DNA of 64,000 nt from Phallusia mammillata (Eukaryota). Positions 10,307-22,359 of this stretch are shown here, one piece after another. Location: contig OZ281495.1 in the NCBI GenBank assembly GCA_965637545.1, forward strand, positions 24,118,001 through 24,182,000, in the 5' to 3' direction. The notes beneath the pieces were generated by a model. The model did no database searches. It saw only the letters and a list, made by a program, of their open reading frames with translations, and was not told the DNA's origin. The translations under genes and the position numbers were made by a program. Positions within the stretch are counted from its first letter, which is position 1, and each line of letters begins with the position of its first letter.

Positions 10307-11689
10307 ATGAAAGTGATATTAGCAGGATGGGCAAAAACCGGAACAGCAACAATGTGTTCGGCTTTCAACATCTTGGGATATAAAACCTACCATTGGTTGG
10401 ATCACTGCGAACAACTTGGCGACGAATGGACAAAAATTTTAACTCAAGGAGGCACTTCTGAAGATTTCCAAAAGGTGCTTACTGATGTTGATGTCGTGTC
10501 CGTCTCGCCGGCCGCTATTTGCTGGTGGGAGATCCATCAGGCTTTTCCAGATTGCAAGGTTGGTTAAAACCTAAAAGGTTTGCAGTTTGCACAGTAGTGG
10601 GATTAAATTTTTTTGTCAGCCGATTCTATCACAAAAGTCATATTTTTCAGCCGGTTCTGTTACAAAAAGTCCATTGACAGTAACCAGTAGTGCTAACTGG
10701 TTCGCTGATCTCATAAAATTTCGTAAGACGGCTCTATAAAACCGGTGCGAACCGGCTGAATCCCACCTAAGTTTGCACTTTGTTTACCCGAACCCAACAA
10801 AGCATGTGTACCCTGATGACCTAAAATACAATTATCTTGCAAAAAACACTAACCAGTTATCGGGTCACCTAAAGAAATATACCGAAGCAATGTACATTAA
10901 CAGGCTTCATTTCGTAATAATAGGCTATATAAGAGTCCATTGTGGAATACTCATTAACTTTACCATTATTTTGCTTTAAATGTCAAATCAATCCTCTACT
11001 TTTTAAAATGTATGATAGCTGTTTACTTGTTACCTCGATGTAACTAACTTCAAAACCATGTTTTTAGATTATATTGACAACCCGTGACGAGGACTCCTGG
11101 TATGAAAGCTGTCAATTGTACTTGAAAAATTTTGACAAGGATGTCTTTAACAAGTTTCTTTACACGTTGTCGCCCACTGGTTGGAAGTATACCGCCTTTC
11201 TTCGTAGTTCAGGTAGATCACATATCCGATCAGATGTCAAATGTTGTTTGTTATTACTGTATTTGTGTTTCAGTCATGATAACTTTCGGACATTATGTAG
11301 TATGGCCATGGTCCAACGTTGCAGGACGGAGTGAAATGCTTATGAGGCGAAATTTCCGACAGCATAACCATCACGTTTTGCAAGTAAGCACCCCTGTAAT
11401 TTTCAAACCTCTATTTATTATCAGATGACTCAAGACCAGTATTGCTTTTCAGAAAGCTCCAAAAGATAAGCTGTTGGTCTACTTAGTTAAGGAAGGTTGG
11501 GGACCATTATGTAAATTTTTCGGAGTCGAAGTACCCGATCAACCTTTTCCCCACAAGAATAAAAGAGCCGAAGCGATTAACCAACATAACGAACATAGGT
11601 TTATCACCCGTATGAAAAGAGAAATGTACTTTACTATCCTTTTCCTGACAGTTTTTACTTGCCTGCTCTTCAGTTTTATTATGAACTGA
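10307..11689 (+). CDS. Sulfotransferase copy C, intact; exons 10307-10558, 11068-11212, 11274-11383, 11453-11689
   Basis: Same four-exon structure and motifs as copy A, with an open reading frame after splicing. Confidence 0.85.
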
Positions 11690-12494
11690 ACTATGTTTTG
11701 ATGCTGTGCCTTATAAACATAACTGATTAACTCGGCTAAGCCTTGTGCAACAAAGCGTGTATATAGTGTATATTAAGCAACGTTCTTTGCGGAAGAACTG
11801 TTTTGCAATTACAGAAGTGTTTTTGCTCTCCATGTACACATAAATGACCCGACAGGTAAGATTTCTGGCTCGATTTTTTATACTTTACAAAACAACGTAA
11901 ATCGGCACCTTGTGGTTACCATGTCAGGAAAAGCAGGTCAAGCTAGCGAAACTCCTTCAGCAAAAATATAGTTTCGACTTGTTATCTGGATTGGTCTTCC
12001 GTGCATCATACCTTCTGCCTTCTAAGCTGCCCCAAAACAAAATGTGGTCGTCAGATTTGTTTCACTGAAAAAAACTCGAAAAATGGAATGGGCGAAAAAA
12101 GCTGGTACCTATATAAGATGCACAACGAGGGACTGGGCGGTTTAAATTTGAAAATTGAACTGCGAATTCGTTTACAAAATCGACTCCTTGCTTTTGTAAC
12201 AAATACTCGCACATGAAATGATTTTAGAAATGACACTGGTAAATGTTGCCATGAAGAAGTAACAAAAAAAATTACGACGGATACCACTTTGGGTGTTCGA
12301 ACTATACAGGTCATTGTTTTGTCGCCAATTTTGCAGTCCACTATCACAGTACCAGCTTTCTACTTGTTCGAATTACCTACATACATAAAACAAATAACAT
12401 TATCTTTTTTAGGTACACAAGACACGGACTTGAATAACAGCTTTAATAAAAAGCAAATTGCCAGCGACGTAGAGTAAAACGTATTCATTTTATT

Positions 12495-12540
12495 AAAACA
12501 AACGTTTCGACAAAACTATTGTCATCATCAGTGAAAATGT
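12495..12540 (-). ncRNA. Minimal hammerhead ribozyme in PLE2 3' pLTR
   Basis: The reverse strand reads ca-CTGATGA-T-GAC aatagtttt GTC-GAAAC-GTT-tg. Confidence 0.7.
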
Positions 12541-13776
12541 AATGCACAAGTGGAAACAAGCGCGTTTATATACAGAAAAAGTAAGGAGAAAAGTTTAATC
12601 AACTGCGTCACGCTGATAAAAGGTTGCCGACAAAATGGAGATAACGATAAAACCAGTGAATTAGGTGTTAAAAAGCCGCAGGGGCATCGAAGTTGTGTCC
12701 ACGTTCAGCCCCGGTGCATGTTGCTGGATAAGAAGCGACTCCAGAATAAACAAACGAATCCGATCTGACGTTGCGTCCAATATTTCTGGTTCTGTGAAGT
12801 TGACCCTATGCATAGGGTTAGTCTGGAGATGCCTACACACTTCCGATTTTTCGTTGGTCTGGTGCTCTTTTATTCGAGTTATTAAATTTCGCTGCGTCTC
12901 ACCAATATATGAGGACCCACACGAACATGTCAGCCTGTAAACAACACTGCAGCGGAGGTTGTTGCAAGGGCGGTCCTTGATAGAAAAGAAACTGCCAATT
13001 TTTGTCGGTTTGTGGATAACCCGTAGTTCCACATCGAGTATTGTGCGTTTCACAAATCCCTTGAGCTCACGCGCTATATTGTAAGATGTGGTTCCTATAA
13101 AGGGGAGGCGCATGGTCACAAAATGTGTGGTTTCCGATCGTTTGGGTGAAGATGGAAGTGTGGGGCGATGACATCTGTTGAGAAACCCTTTAACACACCC
13201 GTCAAGGAAGGTGACAGGGTATCCATTGGAGGCAAGCATGGATTTTACTGTTCGAAACTCTTGGTCCATGATTTTGTAGGAACTGGAGATGTTATATGCT
13301 CTTTTTATGAGGCAGTTAACGAGGTTGCGTTTATGGTGAAGTGGTACAAAGCTGTCCCACTTGCTGTAAAGTCCACTGTGGGTAGGCTTGCGGTAGGTGG
13401 TAGTGACTATGCCATTGGGTGTATTCGTTACGAGCACATCTAAGTAATGGATGGTGTTGTGTAACTCTAGTTCTTGTGTGAAAGATATGCTCGGATAAAC
13501 TGCATTCAGCCTCTTGAAAAACTTTTGCAGCAAGGTTTGCGAAGAAAACACAACGAACAGATCGTCGACGTACCGACAGAGCAGATCGGGTTTGTTTTTA
13601 GACGGTGTTGAAGCTAAGGCTTTGTCGATTAGAAAGTTCATGAAAACATCGGCTAATAAGGGGGCAATGGGGGACCCCATTGCCACACCATTTATATGTT
13701 TGTAGTGTTTCCCATTAAAACGTAAGGTTGTGCTGGATGCAGTCCAATGTAGAAGTTTTTTGAGACGTAGGCGATT

Positions 13777-14176
13777 CAGAGTTGCAAGTCGGGCCGGGCT
13801 TTTCGGGCCGGGTTCGGGTTCGGGCCGGGTTCGGGTCGGGTTCGGGCTTAGGTATTTGTGAGAAAACGGGCTTAAAACGGGCCTGACTTTACGTTCCGTG
13901 TCCGCCATTTAAAAAAACAAAATAAAATCACTCGGCTAAGAAACTCTGGCTTTGACCTAATGCCCACTCTACTCTAAAACGTATTGTTTACCCCATGGTC
14001 TACTATTGATCATTGTGTTTGTTGTCTATCTCTTTTTTCTTTCTCATCCTGTCAATCAAAATTTCGGGCCTAAACGGGCTTCGCAAAAACGTTTCGGGTT
14101 CGGGCCGGGCTTCGGGCTCATACTTTCGGGTTCGGGCCGGGTTCGGGCTCAGATTTCGGGCCCGCTTGCAACTCTG
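13777..14176. mobile_element. hAT MITE (400 bp) with TTCGGG subterminal repeats, inserted in the PLE2 RT
   Basis: TIRs CAGAGTTGCAAG / CTTGCAACTCTG with TSD AGGCGATT. Confidence 0.92.
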
Positions 14177-15529
14177 AGGCGATTTAGACCTTGGAATGTT
14201 GTTGTTGCTTTGTCTGCGAAGACAGCGTCAAGGACGAGCTGGATCGTAAAATCTACCGGTATGTTTGTGAAAAGGTTGACAACATCAAATGTAGCCAAAC
14301 TTTTTCTCCAGAAGGACTGTTGCTGCAATAGGGATGTAAATTGGAAGGTCCCTGTGATTCTCGTGGAGTGATGTCGAAGTGGGGAGAGCAGTTCGGATAG
14401 CCATTTTGAGCAGGCGTGGTTGAAGCTACCCACGGTGCATAGAATGGGCCTAAGAGCGTTAGACTGCTTGTGGATATTTGGAAGTCCATACATGGTGGGT
14501 GTAACAGCACTGGTTGGGTGGACTCGTTTATAATCATCATCACTGAGGGCTTTCACCTTCTTCAGATAACGAAGATGGTTTTGAAACTTTTTAAGTAAAT
14601 TAAGATTGTCATCTGAAGGGCAAGGACGGAATTTTAAAGTGTCAGACAGCGTTGTCATCATCTTAGACAAATAGTCTACACGGTTGAGAATGACAACACC
14701 ATTCCCTTTGTCTGGTTTGCATATAACAATACTTTCATCAGCCTTTAGAGATGTTATTGCTTCTCTTTCCTTCGGAGATAGCGCGGAAAGGTGCTTTCTT
14801 CGCTCATGAAAAAAGCACGAAGTGTAACGGCCGTACAGCGTCATCAGCTTCTGTTTGAGTCGGATTCTTGACGAGTATTTTAAATACTTTCGCAGGTGGT
14901 GGTACAAGAATTTCCATCTTCACCCAAACGATCGGAAACCACACATTTTGTGACCATGCGCCTCCCCTTTATAGGAACCACATCTTACAATATAGCGCGT
15001 GAGCTCAAGGGATTTGTGAAACGCACAATACTCGATGTGGAACTGCGGGTTATCCACAAACCGACAAAAATTGGCAGTTTCTTTTCTATCAAGGACCGCC
15101 CTTGCAACAACCTCCGCTGCAGTGTTGTTTACAGGCTGACATGTTCGTGTGGGTCCTCATATATTGGTGAGACGCAGCGAAATTTAATAACTCGAATAAA
15201 AGAGCACCAGACCAACGAAAAATCGGAAGTGTGTAGGCATCTCCAGACTAACCCCATGCATAGGGTCAACTTCACAGAACCAGAAATATTGGACGCAACG
15301 TCAGATCGGATTCCTTTGTTTATTCTGGAGTCGCTTCTTATCCAGCAACATGCACCGGGGCTGAACGTGGACACAACTTCGATGCCCCTGCGGCTTTTTA
15401 ACACCTAATTCACTGGTTTTATCGTTATCTCCATTTTGTCGGCAACCTTTTATCAGCGTGACGCAGTTGATTAAACTTTTCTCCTTACTTTTTCTGTATA
15501 TAAACGCGCTTGTTTCCACTTGTGCATTA

Positions 15530-15575
15530 CATTTTCACTGATGGTGACAATAGTTTTGTCGAAACGTTTGTTTTA
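15530..15575 (+). ncRNA. Hammerhead copy in PLE2 inverted pLTR with a core substitution (CTGATGG)
   Basis: Identical to 12495-12540 except CTGATGA to CTGATGG at 15538-15544. Confidence 0.6.
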
Positions 15576-16269
15576 ATAAAATGAATACGTTTTACTCTAC
15601 GTCGCTGGCAATTTGCTTTTTATTAAAAACATTATCTTTGTTTGCTTTTTGGTATGTGAAAACGACCATTGGTTGACTTAACAGGTTCATACCTAGATAA
15701 TAGAGTCCGGACTCGACAAACCGATAGAGACTTGATTAATTCTATGTGACGGCCAATTGTCACGCTTTGTGTACAGTACACTCTATACACATCTACAGCT
15801 ACAAATAGACTCCGGGCATTGGTCGCTGATTGTGCAGAAACGATGTACTTTTTATAGCAGCATATTTGTGAAGGTTTTTTTTTGCAAGAAACGCAACTCT
15901 AAAACAGCAAAGTTGTAGGTCTTAACTTCCTATTCACCATCGAGAAACACCTGTAGGCTACTATTAAACCCAACCAAAAAAAAGTTTAGTTGCTTTTAGT
16001 TTTTTTTTTCAAGCAAAGCAGCCGTATACCCAATGTATTTAGTTGAGGGAACCAAATCACTGGCTGGCAGGTGAATGCACGTGGTAGTCGTGTTTGGTAC
16101 TTGTGCAAGACAGACGTGATATTCCTATCTGGATTTTATATGCCGGTTTTTATATTGTCAATAAAGATTGCAACAACTGACAACTGCAGGTCTATACCGA
16201 ACATTTACATGTTACAAAATTGGCGAGCACGCCAGGATCTGCTTCAGTTGTTGCACAAAGAGGAAGATT

Positions 16270-17870
16270 TTTGTATACCTTTTTTAATCACTTTAAATCC
16301 TCCGTATGAATTTTTAGTACCCCCCACCGCGCTTGATAAAGGGGACAACTTTATACATTTTTTGGCAAGTTTTAAAAGCTTTTGCCAAAGCGTGGATGCT
16401 AACGAAGCGGCCAAGCGCCACGCGCTTTTAGCAGGCTTGCCTGAAGATGTTATTTTTGACATGAAGCAAGCAAGCAGTGACTTGTACACGACTGATCACA
16501 AAGATCTGAAGGCACTTGGAATTTAAGTGACCGGCCGCAATGTGTTCAGGAACAAGGCCGAACAAGACCTGTTAGCAAGGACCCAGAAAGTGGCAGAAAC
16601 AGACAGAATGTTTATTATGGAGCTTTTCCGGCTGATTTAAGCCGCATATCCGGATGATGATAATCTAAGAAATGAACTGTGTTTTTTGGTGCTGACCAAT
16701 GGTTTAAAAAAATCGTTTTTTAGCCGATAAAATAATAAGGGATAACTCTTGTGTGGAGGAGAGCCCTTCTTTTTCAGCTGCTTGTAAAATTGTGTTGCAT
16801 TTGGACTGTTTTGCAGAAAGTCCAGCTAGTATGGGCATATGTGCGCTGTCAACCAACCAATCTTTCTTGAACCAAGCTGCTGCTTGAAATGATTGAAGAT
16901 CTGAATCACGAACTTCTTCAAGACTTGAAAGATAAGGTTTGTTTTATTGTTGGCAGGAACTGTCAGAATAACAAACCTGTGTGCTTTTAATGTGGGAAAA
17001 CGGGCCCTATTTCGAGCAAACGTGTGGGGACGTATATAACCCTGAACCAACTACACCTCTGCAGAGAACGGCTGTATGTACTGTCCGACGAAAATTGGAA
17101 CAGGTTACAGGAGGCGGGTGTGCCGCAGGAAGCCGAGACGTTGTCAACGAGGACAAGATTTGATCCACAAGCATGGTTGCTTCAGTTAAAGGCGGTCACA
17201 AACGAGAAAAGGTTGCAAACTCTGGCGGTAACCTTGAAGGGTTACCGCGTCGTTGTTCAAGTTTCTCGCAATGGCTTAACCCAGCGGTCCCCAACCTTTC
17301 GTGTGCCGTGACCCCTTTATAACATTAACCAAGTTGTGGTGACCCCAAGGATAAAATTAGTAGGCTCTAAATTAACATTGGCTGTATTTTTTCTCAACAA
17401 TAAAGTAGTCAATGAGTTAATTTTATTGGGGCTAGTGGTCCTTGGCCTAAATCCAGTTGGGAATCATGCCTTAGGCGACCCCTGGCAAATTGTCAGGCGA
17501 CCCCAGTTGGGGTCGCGACCTACAGGCTGGGAACCGCTGGCTTAACCGAAGCTCCATATCTTGCACAAAGAAACGGATGCACGGGTACGTCTAATTTTGC
17601 CCGTGGTGTGTATGTTAAAAGAGGGTTGAGAAAAACATGTGCGGTGCATTTGAAGAACCCTGAACCGAAATGGGGTGAATTTTATCAACACAGTGTCCAC
17701 GAGCAAGCCGACGATCTATGGGAAGATGCAAACAAGAATGCCGGCGATTTTCTATCACTGAGTGCAAACTTTGCGCCACGAAAAAATATTCCACAGTTTG
17801 TGGAGCGCGTTAATATACGACCACCGAGTAATGTTCGTCAGAGAACATTTTACCGCGCCGCTGTGACCTA
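16270..17870 (+). mobile_element. Degenerate LTR-retrotransposon gag-like relic
   Basis: Gag-like stretch PPTALDKGDNFIHFLASFKSFC...KRHALLAGLPEDV and a broken zinc knuckle VCF*CGKTGP at ~16979-17010, with stops and frameshifts. No LTR pair was found. Confidence 0.45.
17282..17539. mobile_element. hAT MITE
   Basis: TIRs CAGCGGTCCCCAACC / GGCTGGGAACCGCTG with TSD GCTTAACC. Confidence 0.88.
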
Positions 17871-18148
17871 ATAGGTTCGTTTGTTATGTTTCTGTGTTTT
17901 GTTTATATTTCACTTGATTTCACTTTGTTTGCTGTCATTTAAATTAGACTTATAGAATCTTTGCGTTGTGTCTTGTTTTTGTTTAACTGTTTTTCCTGTG
18001 TTTTGTTGTTTGCACAACAATACTTTCACGATTGTTCACTAACTTCAGTTTCCCGTATTTGTTTTTGGGCGTTAATTTAATTAATAATGCGTGACACACT
18101 TGTTTATTTATTTTGTGCCGGTTCGGGGAACTGAATTACATGAGAATA

Positions 18149-18287
18149 AAGGAAATCCGTGAAGAGTTGCGTTCGTTATAAAATGACAGTGCGTATAAAA
18201 TTTCTGCTTCCGACTTCCTCACCAAACATCGAAAATCAGATACGCACTGTCATTTTATAACACACTCAACTCTTCACGGATTTCCTT
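18149..18287. repeat. 48-bp inverted repeat with a 43-nt spacer (small foldback MITE?)
   Basis: aaggaaatccgtgaagagttgcgttcgttataaaatgacagtgcgtat is paired with atacgcactgtcattttataacacactcaactcttcacggatttcctt. Confidence 0.8.
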
Positions 18288-19056
18288 AGTTATATCCCGC
18301 GTGTGCTTTTCGCTTGTTGTGCTCGCAATATCATTCATTGCTTTGAAGAAGCCCTACCGTTCTGGTGGGCGAAAAGTTCTCGAAACAAAAACTAGTATTT
18401 TGTTTAGGATTACACCAGTTGAAAGAAAAATTTGTTAAAGTATACGAAGCTAGGCGGAAAAGAAGTTGTGTTACAGGTCGCTAATAAAAAAGCATCTGTT
18501 TTGCATGGAATTTCTTTGTGGGAACAAAACTACTGACTGGCATTTCCTATTTAACAGCACGAAGTAAGGCAGAAAAGAAGTTGTGCGATGCGCCGCTTTT
18601 TTTGCCCTGAAACTGGAATATTTTGCAAAGCATTTTAATACAACACACACAGATTACAAGTAGTTCTCAAGTTGTTGTAAGGAACTGATCGGACCTTTTT
18701 TTGAAAGCTCTATTTCCCCAGGACTGTTTAAAAAAGCCACCTTGAACTATATACACTTTAATGCCGTGCTTGTTTCGTATAACCATATTTTTCTCAAACA
18801 AAACACGCGTTTTTGCTCATGAGCGCTTTTCTAATCATCACTTTTTTCTCTAAGGTTCAAGGCATTTCTGTGCTCCTCTTTTTTCCCTAGTATACCAAAC
18901 TAAGGCAATAGCGTTTTTTACCCTTCTTTTTTCGCTAAGGTTCGGGCCTTATCTTCCCTCCTCTTTTTATCGCTTATGCTGTCCTCTTTTTCAAAAAAGA
19001 TACGGAAACGTACGGAAACGATGACGTACATAATGCTCCCCTAGCACACTCTTAAC

Positions 19057-19374
19057 CAGTGATTCTCAAATTGTGCGCCGCGGCACACAAGTGTGCCGTG
19101 AGAGATTTCCAAGTGTGCCGCGAAATATTCTCTATTTTAAAGTGCAAACATTCCCTGTTGTTTTAGGACTTAATGACAAAATACTTGAGCGCATGACAAC
19201 GTTTCAAAGATCATATTTTAGTTATTGGTAATGAAAAGCATCTTTACCCACCACAATAATCTTGAACGTTAACAATATATGATCAACTTTTGTTATGTTT
19301 ACCTGCGAAGTGTGCCGCAGAAGAAAATTTAGTTCTTTAATGCGCCGCATGCTTACAAAGTTTGAGAACCACTG
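19057..19374. mobile_element. hAT MITE
   Basis: TIRs CAGTGATTCTCAAA / TTTGAGAACCACTG with TSD CTCTTAAC. Confidence 0.88.
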
Positions 19375-19384
19375 CTCTTAACTG

Positions 19385-20473
19385 TCACCATGGTCCAACG
19401 TGGCAGATGGAAGTGAAATAATTTTGCGGTGAAATTTTCGACAACATATAACCTTGACGTTTTGCAAGTAAACAGCAGTCGTAAGTTAGAAGCGGGACCA
19501 TTGGGCATGAAGAACCTTTGGGCCATATCATGCGTTTCTCTCAAACTGGTCACTGTAGCTTGTTCTCATTCATGCGTTATAGTACTTGTGTTGCAATAGT
19601 TTTAAAGCTGTAACAACAAGAAAGTCAGTCACTTACAGAAGAAACTGTGAGCATAACTAAGTTTTCGCAGCTTGAAAGTAAATATTTTGCTCCTTTACAT
19701 TTTTGTAATTTCTTTATAAGAGAAAGCTAGTTAAAACACGAAGTTTGCAGGATATTAGTTAGTTAATTGTAGCGTTAGATGAGCATTAGTATTTCTTAAG
19801 TTGATCTGTGTAACGTAGTTCAGTCAGATAAGTTCGTAATGGCGGCAATACAGGACCATTGAGCCAGTTGTTCACAGGACCATTGGGCATGGCCCTTTGA
19901 CTTTACACCATTGGGCATGGCCCAAAGGTCCTTGGCCTATAAAGCTATTGATGCTGGTTGTATTTATTTCTTTTGATTAGTATTAGATTTCTTTTTCAAT
20001 AAAATTGTTCTACTTTCAAACACAACACTTAATGAGCTCCCTCATGAGTGGTTTAATGGTCCAGAATATCACATGAAAATACTGGCCCAAAGGTCCTTTA
20101 TGCGAGGCTCAATGGTCCCCAAGGGTAAGGACCTTCGAGGCATATTTTTTGTAATTTTTAAAACGGAATATCTTGCCAACGCATTTCCAAATAAGAAAGT
20201 TATGCCCTTGTGTAAGTGTGTTAAAACGTGTAGTATTAGTATAGGTGTTCAATGGCAATTTTTCTTTCGAACTCAAAGAAATAGTCATGAAAAACTGAAT
20301 TTTGGCCCAATGGTCCCTAATCTCCCCTATAACCGCTAAATACATCTGATGACTCAAAACCAGTATTGGTTTACAGAAAGCTCCTGAAGATAAGCTGCTG
20401 GTCTACTCAGTTACTTCACTGTGTTTTGTTTGACTCTTTTTACGTGTATGGCAAACACTTGCATAACAAACTG
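19385..20473 (+). pseudogene. Sulfotransferase copy D: exon 3 fragment plus internally deleted exon 4; exons 1-2 absent
   Basis: ccatggtccaacgtggcagatggaagtgaaa... (exon 3, with stop and frameshift), cagaaagctcctgaagataagctgctggtctactcagtt (start of exon 4), and a copy-B-like tail ending caaactga. Confidence 0.8.
19487..20329. mobile_element. Non-autonomous insertion with repeated GGACCATTGGGC motifs in inverted orientation at its two ends
   Basis: It splits the intron-3 sequence gtaagtt|taaccgcta of copy D. The left part has several ggaccattg(g/a)gc, and the right end is gcccaatggtccctaatctcccc. Confidence 0.6.
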
Positions 20474-20717
20474 ATTTTATGTTTCCATGTTGCGATTGCG
20501 AGCGTTTTGTCATATAAAACCTCATAGAGATGCAATTAAGTATATTTGCAAAAACAACTTTAACCCACTGGCGTTCATGAGAAGTATGCTACCTATAGGC
20601 TATAATGAGCACAACAACAAAGTTTTTCTTAACAAAGAAGCGACGTGTTGTAAATTGTTCACAGTACAGTTCCTTTTTGAGGTTAATTTAACTTTGCTTC
20701 ATAATTAAGGTTTCAAA

Positions 20718-21960
20718 ATGAAAGTGATATTAGCAGGATGGGCAAAAACCGGAACAGCAACAATGTGTTCGGCTTTCAACATCTTAGGATATAAAACCTA
20801 CCATTGGTTGGATCATTGCGAACAACTTGGCGACCAATGGACAAAAATGTTAACTCAAGGAGGCACTTCTGAAGATTTTCAAAATATGCTTAGTGATGTT
20901 GATGTCGTGTCCGACTCGCCGGCCGCTATTTGCTGGTGGGAAATCCACCAAGCTTTTCCGGATTGCAAAGTTAGTTGAAAGGTGTCCTCCGTCTTTCACC
21001 GAGAGCCACCAAAGCGCATGCGAATTCTATGTGCTCTTGTCTTGTTTGGCCCTATGATGACCTAAACCTTAACCTTCAGTTACTTGCAACAAACGCAGAG
21101 CAGTTACTGGGTCACCTAGAGAAATACACCGATGTAATGACCATTAACTCCCCTAGATTCGTTATAAAAGGCAATAAAAGACTACTGCGGAGTATTCACT
21201 AATTTATTTGAACTGTCTGACCGATTAAAGAAAAAAAGTAGATAATCCCTGCTTCAAATCATGACACACTTAGAATTATGTGGCAGCCTTTTACTTGTTA
21301 CCTCTGTTCTACTAATTTCAATGCTTATGTGCTAGATAATATTGACAACCCGTGACGAGGACTCCTGGTATGAAAGCTGTCATTCGTACTTGACAAATTT
21401 TGACAAGAACGTCTTCAACAAGTTTCTTTACACATTGTCGCCCACTGGGTGGAAGTATACTGCCTTTCTTCGCAGTTCAGGTAGGTGACTTAATTATTTG
21501 TCAGATCAAGTCAAACTGGTATTATCAAGGTTATTTTTTGTAGATTTGATAACTTTCGGACATTATGTAGCATGGCCATGGTCCAACCTTGCAGATGGAA
21601 GTGAAATGACTATGAGGCGAAATTTTCAACAACATAACCTTCACGTTTTGCAAGTATAAACAGTCGCAAGTTTTAAACCGCTATTTACATCTGATGACTA
21701 TAAACACCAGTATTGCTTTTCAGAAAGCTCCAAAAGATAAGCTGCTGGTCTACTCAGTTAAGGAAGGTTGGGGACCATTATGTAAATTTCTCGGAGTCAA
21801 AGTACCCGATCAACCCTTTCCCCAGAAGAACAAAAGAGCCGAAGCGATTAACCAACGTAACGAACATAGATTTATCTCCCGTATGAAAAGAGAAATGTAC
21901 TTTACTATCCTTTTCCTGACAGTTTTTACTTGCCTGCTCTTCAGTTATATTATGAACTAA
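20718..21960 (+). CDS. Sulfotransferase copy E, intact; exons 20718-20969, 21336-21480, 21544-21653, 21724-21960
   Basis: Same four-exon structure as copies A and C, with an open frame after splicing. Confidence 0.85.
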
Positions 21961-21988
21961 AGTATGTTTTGCGTTTGTACCCTATAAG

Positions 21989-22359
21989 CAGGGTTGCCAT
22001 ACCGTCCTTATTTCTAAGATTTGTTCTCATTTTGAAGGGCTATGTCTTAGAAAAGTTCATTGTCCTTATTTCTAAGAAATGTCCTGATTTTTGACTTCCT
22101 TCTTTTGTCTTATTTTCAACAATTACTGGTCAAATCCCTGCTACAAGTAAACCTAGACCTAAGCGGTTGTGAGATGCACGAAGTATTTTCTAAATACAAG
22201 GAGTTGCTGCAACAGATTTTTTTCTAGCCCAAATATTGCATATGGTGTGTCATTGCTCATATAAAGGCAAAGATTTGCTCATAATGTTTGTTTCGTTTCG
22301 TACGAAAAGATATTTTTGCGGTTGTCCTTATTTTTGGCTTCAAGTCGATGGCAACTCTG
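21989..22359. mobile_element. hAT MITE with gtccttattt internal repeats
   Basis: TIRs CAGGGTTGCCA / TGGCAACTCTG with TSD (C/G)CTATAAG. It is absent from the paralogous site after copy C. Confidence 0.85.

Larger units (their letters stand above)
12408..15627 (-). mobile_element. Penelope-like retroelement 2: RT + GIY-YIG ORF on minus strand with a 716-bp inverted pLTR (12442-13157 vs 14912-15627)
   Basis: KPDKGNGVVILN, YGLPNIHK, FDVVNLFTNIP, GVAMGSPIAPLLADVFM, CRYVDD, VVYRLTCSCGSSYIGETQRNL. A 12-bp direct repeat AACATTATCTTT flanks it at 12396-12407 and 15628-15639. Confidence 0.95.

Noticed and set aside
12661-13908. 415-aa ORF as a gene with a novel Pro/Arg-rich N-terminus
   Set aside because: The N-terminal ~45 aa are read from the inserted MITE, and the rest is Penelope RT-EN.
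13790-14165. TTCGGG(C) short repeats as a CRISPR-like or telomeric array
   Set aside because: There are no unique spacers, and the repeats lie inside a TIR- and TSD-bounded MITE as subterminal motifs.
15640-19050. An LTR pair around the gag relic
   Set aside because: No direct repeat, PBS or TG...CA termini could be matched by eye.
6418-21960. Recent horizontal transfer or bacterial contamination for the sulfotransferase genes
   Set aside because: The genes have conserved spliceosomal introns, host-like composition and host transposon insertions. An ancient origin cannot be judged without a phylogeny.
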